From Parcubacteria group bacterium (GTDB lineage: Bacteria; Patescibacteriota; Minisyncoccia; Moranbacterales; UBA11712), in NCBI GenBank assembly GCA_041661585.1, contig JBAZUC010000001.1, positions 1 through 38,128 on the forward strand: a stretch of DNA of 38,128 nucleotides. Reading direction: 5' to 3'. Both the position numbers and the translations under genes were made by a program. Below, one piece after another: positions 21,962 through 29,028 of the stretch. The notes under the pieces were generated by a model that saw only the letters and a program-made list of their open reading frames with translations, made no database searches and was not told where the DNA came from. Position 1 is the stretch's first letter. The number at the start of each line of letters is the position of its first letter.

Positions 21962-22657
21962 TTATAGTTTATCCCTTTTTAAAAACTTATCATATTCGCG
22001 GGATTGCTTTATTTTTTTTGGCTTCTTAACTGTTGGCTGTTTTTTATTAAACTTTATATTGCTACAAAGAGCTCTCAGGTCTTTATACAAAATTTCCTCT
22101 TTTCGACTCAATAATCGACGAATTAGTTCTTCCCATTCCTCACTTGTTCTAATTGTCCTTGATTCTATAGGATTTGAAGTTGGCCTTATATACAGGCCAC
22201 CTTTTTTGAGACGACAACGACGATCCTGTGATTTGAAATCGCAAGTAGAAACCAACGGCATTACTCCCTGTGATTCATAAACCCGCATTACTACAAATTT
22301 TGTATTTCTATCATCTATTAAAAGAGTATCGCCGTATACCTCAAATTTTAATTTTTGATTCGCCTTTTCGTTAAAAAAGCGACCAATATCGTCTTCGTTG
22401 TCAAAAGTATTATATTGTTTCGTCGTTAGCCCTTTTCTCTCAAATTGAATTCCATTTGAACGATCTCGTTTTTGAGAAATGCCGAGGATTATAAATCCGC
22501 CATTTGTCAGATTGGAAAGCGCGAATGTAGCTTTGGCGATTTCAAATTTTTTCTTTTTCTGATTATTACTCCAAGCCATAGGTGGCTTAAATTCCCATCT
22601 TTTTTCTTCCGTTCCATATTGGATATAGTTTTTCATTTCATCAGTTAATGACCTCAT
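21962..22657 (-). CDS. AlbA_2/Schlafen-like nucleic-acid-binding domain protein with a basic C-terminal tail
   Basis: EEKRWEFKPP...EIAKATFALSNLTNGGFIILGIS...KFVVMRVYESQGVMPLVS...GGLYIRPTSNPIESR matches the AlbA_2 pattern (E.K .. i.k.i.AfaNt.GG.l.iGv .. v..i.V..s..P .. yiR.gs.t). The tail is KKQPTVKKPKKIKQ. Confidence 0.65.
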   Translation of the reverse strand: MRSLTDEMKNYIQYGTEEKRWEFKPPMAWSNNQKKKKFEIAKATFALSNLTNGGFIILGISQKRDRSNGIQFERKGLTTKQYNTFDNEDDIGRFFNEKANQKLKFEVYGDTLLIDDRNTKFVVMRVYESQGVMPLVSTCDFKSQDRRCRLKKGGLYIRPTSNPIESRTIRTSEEWEELIRRLLSRKEEILYKDLRALCSNIKFNKKQPTVKKPKKIKQSREYDKFLKRDKL

Positions 22658-22763
22658 AAAATATTTTGGCTTTCAAAAATATATTTTATTTTTACTTCTA
22701 TTTTCTCCATGATTTTCTTTTGATCTCCTAGCGAAGGCAGGGGGAATTTCTATCTTTTTAAGT

Positions 22764-23168
22764 TTAGTGAATTAAAAAACTTTCGATTTTTCTCATGGAA
22801 TTTTCTAAATTTCTTTCAATTTCATGCTCCCATATTCTCAAAACTTTCCAGCCTTCTTTTCTTAATTTCGCCCTATTGATTTTATCTCTTTTTATATTGC
22901 CCTCAATTTTTGTAGTCCAGTATTTTTTTGGCAAGCGCTTTTTATTTTTTGAAAAATTATATCCATGCCAGAAGTCTCCGTCTATAAATATCGCCGTTTT
23001 CTTTCGCGGCAATGCTATATCCGGATTTCCAGCAATCTTATTATAATGCCTTTGAAAGTGGATGCCCCTTTTTCTCAGTTCTCGAAATACAATTTTCTCG
23101 ATAGCTGTATTTTTTGAACGGATTTTTGACATTATCTCGCTCCTCTTTTTCTTTGTAAAAACATCCAT
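22764..23168 (-). CDS. vsr: Very-short-patch repair endonuclease (Vsr) homolog
   Basis: KKRSEIMSKIRSKNTAIEKIVFRELRKRG, GNPDIALPRKKTAIFIDGDFWHG, YWTTKIEGNIKRDK, GWKVLRIWEHEI. Confidence 0.85.
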   Translation of the reverse strand: MDVFTKKKRSEIMSKIRSKNTAIEKIVFRELRKRGIHFQRHYNKIAGNPDIALPRKKTAIFIDGDFWHGYNFSKNKKRLPKKYWTTKIEGNIKRDKINRAKLRKEGWKVLRIWEHEIERNLENSMRKIESFLIH

Positions 23169-23189
23169 GCGGCTGTGGATAACTCTATT

Positions 23190-23218
23190 TTGCTAGTTCG
23201 GTATTTATTCGGTATAAT
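23190..23218 (+). promoter_or_regulatory. Promoter of the LexA-methyltransferase gene (TTGCTA-N17-TATAAT), overlapped by the direct repeat TTCGGTAT-tta-TTCGGTAT
   Basis: TTGCTA at 23190-23195 and TATAAT at 23213-23218. Repeats at 23197-23204 and 23208-23215. Confidence 0.55.
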
Positions 23219-23259
23219 GTAACTAAATTATAATAAAATAAAAAAACAAAGTCAAATAT

Positions 23260-24822
23260 ATGGCAACTCTCACAAAGAGGCAAAAGCAAATATTCGAATT
23301 CATTAAATCATTCATAAGAAGGCATGGAATGTCCCCCACTATACGAGAGATAAAAAAAGCGACCGGGCTTTCCGCTCCATCGACTATCCATCAGCACATA
23401 AACGCGCTTGCTGAAAAAGGATTCATTGAAAAAAACGGGAGTTCATCGAGAGGCATAGAAATCAAAAAGGACAAAGGCGCCGATACGCTGGCTGAAATTT
23501 ATCTACTTGGGACAATAGCAGCCGGCCAGCCGATAGAAGCCGTTGAAGTTTTCACTGAAACAATTGCGATTCCGAGAAGCGACATCGACAGGCACGGAGA
23601 ATTGTATGCGTTGCGAGTACAGGGAGACAGCATGATTGAAGAGGGAATATTCGACGGAGATATTGTTGTTATAAAAAAACAATCAGCGGCAGAAAACGGA
23701 CAGACCGTTGTTGCGATAATCGATGACAACGAGGCGACGCTAAAAAAGCTATACAGGGAAAAGAACCGCCTAAGATTGCAACCCGCAAACCAAGCACTCC
23801 TCCCGCTCTACAGAAAGGAGGTTGAAATAAAGGGCGTCGTAATCAGAATTATAAGAAATTTTGAAAGCACGGAGAATAAGCGCATTAGAACGCTTGATCT
23901 TTTTGCCGGGGTTGGCGGCATACGCTTGGGCTTTGAGAAAGCAGGCTTTGAAACTGTCTTCGCCAATGACTTCGACCGGCAATGCAAAACTACTTATGAC
24001 TTGAATTTCAAGACCTCCAAACTTGTATCGGAAGACATCACTAAAGTTGGAATTGGCGATCTGCCTGACTTTGACTTTCTTCTGGCAGGCTTTCCTTGCC
24101 AGCCATTTTCTATTGCCGGATACAGGCAAGGCTTCAAGGATGAAGGGGGGCGCGGAAATTTATTCTTTACAATTGCGAGCATTATTGAAGCGAGAAATCC
24201 TGCCGGCTTCCTGCTCGAAAATGTCAAGAACTTAAAGGGCCACGACGGGGGCAAAACTTTTAAAATAATTACAGAAACTCTGAAAAGTTTGGGCTACCAT
24301 ATGAAATCCAAGGTATTAAACAGCATGGATTATGGAAATATTCCGCAAAACAGAGAAAGACTGTATATAGCAGGATTTAAAAATGAAAACTGCTTGGATA
24401 AATTTGAATTTCCTGCTCCGCAAAAATTGAAAATAAAAGTTGCAGATTTGCTGGAAAAAAATGTCCCAGAAAAATATTATTATAATGGAAAGCCTCTTTA
24501 TGAAAAACTTAAGAACTTTATAAAAGAAGGAGGAAAAGTTTATCAATGGAGGAGGCAATATGTCAGAGAAAATAAGAAGGGCGTATGCCCTACTTTAACA
24601 GCTAATATGGGAATGGGCGGCCACAATGTTCCAATCATTAAAGACAAAAAAGGAATCAGAAAACTGACTCCTCTTGAATGCTTCAGACTTCAAGGATTCC
24701 CGGAAGATTTCGCGCTTCCAAAAAATTTAGCTGACTCTGCATTATACAAGCAGGCTGGAAATTCAGTAAGCGTGCCTGTTATTGAAGCCGTAGCGAAGCA
24801 AATGATGAAGGCGATATCCTAG
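23260..24822 (+). CDS. Fusion protein: full-length LexA (wHTH + S24 autopeptidase) joined to a complete C5 cytosine DNA methyltransferase
   Basis: LexA part: LTKRQKQIFEFIKSFIRRHGMSPTIREIKKATGLSAPSTIHQHINALAEKGFIEK, cleavage-site GTIAAGQPI (A88-G89), GDSM (S124), EATLKKL (K162), GVVIRIIRNF. MTase part from ~aa 208: DLFAGVGGIRLGF (motif I), GFPCQPFS (IV, Cys280 at nt 24097-24099), LLENVKNL (VI), QNRERLYIAGF (VIII), RKLTPLECFRLQGFP, QAGNSVSVPV (X). Confidence 0.9.
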   Translation: MATLTKRQKQIFEFIKSFIRRHGMSPTIREIKKATGLSAPSTIHQHINALAEKGFIEKNGSSSRGIEIKKDKGADTLAEIYLLGTIAAGQPIEAVEVFTETIAIPRSDIDRHGELYALRVQGDSMIEEGIFDGDIVVIKKQSAAENGQTVVAIIDDNEATLKKLYREKNRLRLQPANQALLPLYRKEVEIKGVVIRIIRNFESTENKRIRTLDLFAGVGGIRLGFEKAGFETVFANDFDRQCKTTYDLNFKTSKLVSEDITKVGIGDLPDFDFLLAGFPCQPFSIAGYRQGFKDEGGRGNLFFTIASIIEARNPAGFLLENVKNLKGHDGGKTFKIITETLKSLGYHMKSKVLNSMDYGNIPQNRERLYIAGFKNENCLDKFEFPAPQKLKIKVADLLEKNVPEKYYYNGKPLYEKLKNFIKEGGKVYQWRRQYVRENKKGVCPTLTANMGMGGHNVPIIKDKKGIRKLTPLECFRLQGFPEDFALPKNLADSALYKQAGNSVSVPVIEAVAKQMMKAIS

Positions 24823-24832
24823 CCTCTGCGCT

Positions 24833-25414
24833 TTATACCTTGCAGTTTTCTTTAATTGGTTTTAATTTATTCCGTTCAATAATCTCCCCCTTAAAGTCAA
24901 TTCTCGGTCTTCTTTTTTGATCTTGCTGGTCCGATAATCTTTCATCCTTATTGACGCTGGATGTATAAATATATTTATCTGAAATTTTATATATATCAAA
25001 GGTTCCGTCCACCTCTCCGTTTCTAAAGAAATCCATCCAGTACAATTCGTCTTCATCCCAAAAAGATCTAGGGCCAAATGACGTAGGTCCGCGACTGCTT
25101 GAAGCTTTAATTTGCTGCCTTTTACTGCTTTTTAAATCAATTGTATCGAATGACCCCTTAGTGCCATGCGCTTTCAAAACTCTTACTGAACCCATCTCAA
25201 GGCAAAACAAGCTTTCGGTCAGCCCTTCGGGTATGTTAATGCCTCTTGCGCCAAAACTTCTTAATAGCTTGCTTAGCTTAATCCAGAGGTGAAATATTAT
25301 CTTCAGTTTGCGCCTATCTGATTTTAATATTTTTAAAATGTCCAATCTAACATCTTTTCCAGCTATTTTAATAATAATCTTCCCTTTTCTCATTTTCTTT
25401 ATTTTTTTAATCAA
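24833..25414 (-). CDS. Putative small type II restriction endonuclease, convergent partner of the methyltransferase
   Basis: The call rests mainly on context: convergent with the MTase, 10 nt apart, with vsr nearby. There is a possible PD-(D/E)xK-like SFDTID...RQQIKAS. I have a vague recollection of similarity to the Bsp6I family but cannot verify it. Confidence 0.4.
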   Translation of the reverse strand: MIKKIKKMRKGKIIIKIAGKDVRLDILKILKSDRRKLKIIFHLWIKLSKLLRSFGARGINIPEGLTESLFCLEMGSVRVLKAHGTKGSFDTIDLKSSKRQQIKASSSRGPTSFGPRSFWDEDELYWMDFFRNGEVDGTFDIYKISDKYIYTSSVNKDERLSDQQDQKRRPRIDFKGEIIERNKLKPIKENCKV

Positions 25415-25420
25415 TTATTT

Positions 25421-25600
25421 CTATTTACTCCTATAATCCCTAATCACCATTCCGCCTTTAATCCTCTTCACAACCACTCGCTGTTTTTCTTTCCATTTCA
25501 ATTCCCGTACGAGTTCAATCGGCAAGGTGAGTCCGATAGATCTCTTGCCGATCTTCGTCAGTTTGCGGATGCCTCTTTCCTCGGCTTTTTTGTTGGCCAT
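25421..25600 (-). CDS. AbrB/MazE/SpoVT-fold small DNA-binding protein (59 aa), 6 nt upstream of the REase-like gene
   Basis: MANKKAEERGIRKLTKIGKRSIGLTLPIELVRELKWKEKQRVVVKRIKGGMVIRD is a looped-hinge-helix pattern. I used the internal ATG at 25600 because the longer 144-aa ORF overlaps tspO. Confidence 0.7.
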   Translation of the reverse strand: MANKKAEERGIRKLTKIGKRSIGLTLPIELVRELKWKEKQRVVVKRIKGGMVIRDYRSK

Positions 25601-25617
25601 ATATTTGTTTTGAATAA

Positions 25618-25636
25618 TTACGTAATTAATTACGTA
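25618..25636. promoter_or_regulatory. Operator-like repeat TTACGTA-N5-TTACGTA directly upstream of the AbrB-like gene
   Basis: TTACGTA at 25618-25624 and 25630-25636 (12-nt period), 18-36 nt upstream of the ATG at 25600. The first copy is part of the palindrome aattacgtaatt. Confidence 0.5.
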
Positions 25637-25649
25637 TTTCCCAAATCCC

Positions 25650-26048
25650 CTATTTCCAATTGAGCCAAGTGATCGTGAGCTGCAAAATTGTCGCGAAGAT
25701 GACCCACAGGAGATATGGGATGTTCGCCAGCGCAATCCAGCGGGCGTGGGGATATATTGCAACCATTGCCCAAATGAGCGTCGCGAGAACGAGCAAGATG
25801 TCGGCGGCGGCCAGCAGATTGTTTTGCAAGCGGAACTGGATCGGCGAAAAGGCAAAGTTTAAAATGAGATTGAGAATGAATGGCAAGAGCACCAAAAAAG
25901 ATATTCGGCCTTTTGCAAACATATAGACGGCGGCGCCAAAGGTTGCGGCTATGATGACATAGAGAACCGTCCAGACGGGCCCAAAAAGCCAGGCCGGCGG
26001 CGCCCAGGAGGGTTTTATCAAGCTTTGATACCAGGTTTGAGTGTTCAT
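25650..26048 (-). CDS. tspO: TspO/MBR-family tryptophan-rich protein lacking TM1. The start is probably ATG 26048; the ORF is open up to GTG 26120.
   Basis: WYQSLIKPSWAPPAWLFGPVWTVLY, followed by four TM helices. Confidence 0.75.
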   Translation of the reverse strand: MNTQTWYQSLIKPSWAPPAWLFGPVWTVLYVIIAATFGAAVYMFAKGRISFLVLLPFILNLILNFAFSPIQFRLQNNLLAAADILLVLATLIWAMVAIYPHARWIALANIPYLLWVIFATILQLTITWLNWK

Positions 26049-26120
26049 ATGTTTGTATATTTCTTCTTCTATCCTATCACGAGATGCGATTTTTTGGGGT
26101 TTATGTATAAGCCCGATCAC

Positions 26121-27269
26121 CTAGCTTCGGATCGGCATTATGATGTGGAAATAGTCGAGCTGGGGTTTGCCGGCCGCGACCTCGCGAAGCATCACCGGCC
26201 CGAAGGCGTCGTTGGCGCCGATATATATATCCTCTGTTGAAATGGAGTTGAGGCCATCGAGGAGAAAGCGGTTGTTGAAAGCGACCTCCAAATCGCTTTT
26301 TGCGTCGGACTGAAAATCAACGCTCCATGACCCTTCTCCGGATTCAACTGACTCGGCAAAGACCGCGATCTTCCCCTTCCCGCCGTCGATCTTGAGCCGC
26401 ACTTCCCGGCTTTTGGAGTCGGAAAAAACACCCGCAAGGCGCGCCGCCTTGAGAAGATCTTCTTTTTTCGCGATCATATTCAAAGAAAATTCTTTGGGAA
26501 CCACCTGCTTGTATTCCGGATATTTTCCGTCAATCAGCCGAGAGACAAAAAGCACATCCGCGGTTTCAAAGAAAATTTGATTTTCCGCCAGATATACTTT
26601 CACATTTTCATCTTCCGCGGAAACCGCGCGGATGACTTCCGACAGCGTGCGGGCCGGCACGATCACCGCGCTGTTTTTGGCCAGATATTTTTTGTAGTCT
26701 TCTGTTATTTTTGTTTTGTCGAGCTTGATCACGGCTTCGGAAAGCCGAAAGCTGTCGGTCGCCGCCAATGTGATTTTTGTTTCTCCAAATTCAAAGTGCG
26801 CGCCCGTGAGCTCTTGCCGCGTATCTGAAGTCGCGGCTGTTGTCAAAACATTTCCCGCTTTTTTTTGCATCTCGCTCGCGCTGATCTCAAAAAGAAATTT
26901 TGATTCCGGCTTGGGGATGATAGGAAAATCCTTCGCGTCCATTCCTTTTATCGCCGCTGAATTTCCATTATATATCATCTTTAGGATGCTATTTTTTTCT
27001 TCGAGTGTGATCTGGCTTCCATCTTCAAGTTGAGACAAAATACCGCCAATGATTCTTCCGGGAATCGCAATTTTTCCCTCCCTTTCGATTTTTGCTCGAA
27101 TTTTCGTGACAAGTCCGATTTCCAAGTTTGTCGCCGATACTTTCAAGCCGCCCTTTTCCGCTTCCAAAAGAATATTTGAAAGAATTGGGAGGGTGAGATT
27201 TTTTCCAATTATTTTTTCCGCTATAAGAATTCCTTTTTTCAAATTTTCAGTAGTGCAAAGTGCTTTCAT
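26121..27269 (-). CDS. dnaN: DNA polymerase III beta sliding clamp
   Basis: 382 aa. The N-terminus is L.K.L......I..K..LPILSNILLEA....L.VSATNLEIGL, there is a three-domain repeat pattern, and the gene lies directly downstream of dnaA. Confidence 0.96.
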   Translation of the reverse strand: MKALCTTENLKKGILIAEKIIGKNLTLPILSNILLEAEKGGLKVSATNLEIGLVTKIRAKIEREGKIAIPGRIIGGILSQLEDGSQITLEEKNSILKMIYNGNSAAIKGMDAKDFPIIPKPESKFLFEISASEMQKKAGNVLTTAATSDTRQELTGAHFEFGETKITLAATDSFRLSEAVIKLDKTKITEDYKKYLAKNSAVIVPARTLSEVIRAVSAEDENVKVYLAENQIFFETADVLFVSRLIDGKYPEYKQVVPKEFSLNMIAKKEDLLKAARLAGVFSDSKSREVRLKIDGGKGKIAVFAESVESGEGSWSVDFQSDAKSDLEVAFNNRFLLDGLNSISTEDIYIGANDAFGPVMLREVAAGKPQLDYFHIIMPIRS

Positions 27270-27529
27270 AGATATATTAATTAATTTGTTATTTATAATT
27301 TGTTGTCTATTATTAAGTTTTTAGTTTCTGGGGATAAGTGCGTTTTGTTTATATAACTATTGGATGATATGGTTGGCGCAAAATGTGGATAACGGGAGAA
27401 AGAAGGGTGAGGATAAGGGGGATAAAAAAATATCTTTTTTGATTTGTTTTTTTGTCCGAATATTATCCACTGAAAAATTAATATTTAGGAGATGGGTTAT
27501 TGATAATTTAAGCCCAGCTTGTCAACAAC
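27270..27529. other. Candidate oriC: AT-rich unwinding region plus a cluster of DnaA boxes between dnaA and dnaN
   Basis: Boxes relative to TTATCCACA: 27329-27337 tggggataa, 27384-27392 tgtggataa (perfect), 27408-27416 tgaggataa, 27417-27425 gggggataa, 27463-27471 ttatccact. A very AT-rich tract lies at 27270-27328. Confidence 0.6.
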
Positions 27530-28912
27530 TTAAGCGCTGTATAATTTGCTTTTAATAATATTTATATCTTGCTCGAGGGTATCGTTTTGCTCGAGCTCCT
27601 TGGAAATTTTTTCATGGGCGTGCATCGCGGTGGTGTGGTCTCTTCCTCCGAGCTGTTCTCCAATTCCCGGATAGGACGCTTGAAGTTCGGCTCGCATCAG
27701 ATACATCGCGATCTGGCGCGGCCTCACGATATCACGGCGCCGGCAGCGATTCACGAGATCTTGAGAAGCAATGTCATAATATTCCGCCACACCCTCAATG
27801 ATTTGTTTGAAGGTGATGCCTCTTTTTTTGCCGGAATGGATAATGTCTCCCAAAATCTTTTTGACGTTTGTGAGATTGGCTTCGGTTTGCCCCAACTCAC
27901 AGGAAGCAATCACGCGGTTCAGGGCGCCCTCGAGTTCGCGGATATTGTGCTGGATGTTGGTTGCAATGTAGCTCAAAACTTCAGGGTCGATTTCTATTTC
28001 CGTTTTTTTGTCCGCCAATTTGTTTTGCAAAATGGCAATCCGGGTTTCGATGTCCGGGCGGGAAACATCAGCGATCATTCCGCCTTCAAATCGGGAGCGT
28101 AAGCGGTCTTCCAGCATCGCAATCGCCTTGGGCGGCCGGTCGCTCGTGAGCACGATTTGCTTGTTGGTTTGGTGGAGCGTATTGAAGACATGAAAAAATT
28201 CTTCCTGGGTTTTTTCTTTTCCTCCAATGAATTGGATATCGTCGATGAGAAGTAAGTCGGCGCTGATGTAGGCGCGCTTGAATTCGTGAGCCTGATTGTT
28301 TTTCACCATATCAACATACTGGTTGGTGAAATATTCAGCCGTGGCATAAAGAATTTTCGTGTTCGGATCGCGCAAAAGAAGAGCGTTTCCAACGGACTGA
28401 AGAAGGTGTGTTTTCCCAAGTCCGACCCCTCCATAGATGAAAAGCGGGTTGTAGGTGTTGCCGGGCGACTTGGCAATCGCTTCGCAGGCGGCGTGGGCCA
28501 ATTCGTTGTTCGCGCCTACGACAAAATTTTCAAAAATATACCGCGGATTGAGATTGGCGCGCAAACTCAAGGATTCATGATTGATTTTTCCCAGATTGGG
28601 AACTTGCGCGGAAGCCGAAACTGCCGAATCAAGCTCTTTTTTTGGAGTTGTTTCGGGACTAGCAACCACGGAGCATGAAATTTCCCGTATATCTTCAATA
28701 AAATTGCGGAGAGCAGTGATAATATAGCGGTTGTATTTGTTTTCCAGCCATTCCTTGGCAAATCCGTTTGGAACACGAATATTCACTCGTCCACCTTCAA
28801 TAGAAAGAATAGAGGTGTTTTTGAACCAGGTGACGAAATTGGCAGGCGAAACAGCCAATTCCACCTCTCCCAAAACAGCCTGCCAGATTTCCTCATTTGT
28901 CATTTTCTCCAT
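27530..28912 (-). CDS. dnaA: Chromosomal replication initiator DnaA
   Basis: Start taken at MEKMTNEEIWQAVL (ATG 28912). Motifs: Walker A GGVGLGKTHLL, LLLIDDIQF, domain IV RPRQIAMYLMRAEL..S..GIG..LGGRDHTTAMHA..KI. Confidence 0.96.
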   Translation of the reverse strand: MEKMTNEEIWQAVLGEVELAVSPANFVTWFKNTSILSIEGGRVNIRVPNGFAKEWLENKYNRYIITALRNFIEDIREISCSVVASPETTPKKELDSAVSASAQVPNLGKINHESLSLRANLNPRYIFENFVVGANNELAHAACEAIAKSPGNTYNPLFIYGGVGLGKTHLLQSVGNALLLRDPNTKILYATAEYFTNQYVDMVKNNQAHEFKRAYISADLLLIDDIQFIGGKEKTQEEFFHVFNTLHQTNKQIVLTSDRPPKAIAMLEDRLRSRFEGGMIADVSRPDIETRIAILQNKLADKKTEIEIDPEVLSYIATNIQHNIRELEGALNRVIASCELGQTEANLTNVKKILGDIIHSGKKRGITFKQIIEGVAEYYDIASQDLVNRCRRRDIVRPRQIAMYLMRAELQASYPGIGEQLGGRDHTTAMHAHEKISKELEQNDTLEQDINIIKSKLYSA

Positions 28913-29028
28913 AGTGGATTTATTATAGCACGGGGCAAAATCACCCGATTTTTTGTCTGTTGATATCCATGGGGATAACCTGTTGACAGCATAAAAGATT
29001 TTGAAAAGAACGGCAAGGGCAGCAGAAA

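Noticed and set aside
23174-23182. Perfect DnaA box (tgtggataa) in the vsr/lexA-MTase intergenic region as evidence of DnaA control of the island
   Set aside because: A single 9-mer match on either strand of a 38-kb window is not far from chance expectation. It is mentioned only as context.
19347-25649. Prophage, integrative element or transposon boundaries for the island
   Set aside because: No integrase, recombinase, transposase, tRNA attachment site or flanking direct or inverted repeat pair could be found by eye. Island status rests on composition and content only.
25601-25855. The N-terminal 85 aa of the 144-aa ORF 25421..25855
   Set aside because: This part overlaps the tspO 3' end, is Cys/Ser/Arg-rich nonsense-like sequence, and the AbrB-fold domain starts cleanly at the internal ATG 25600.
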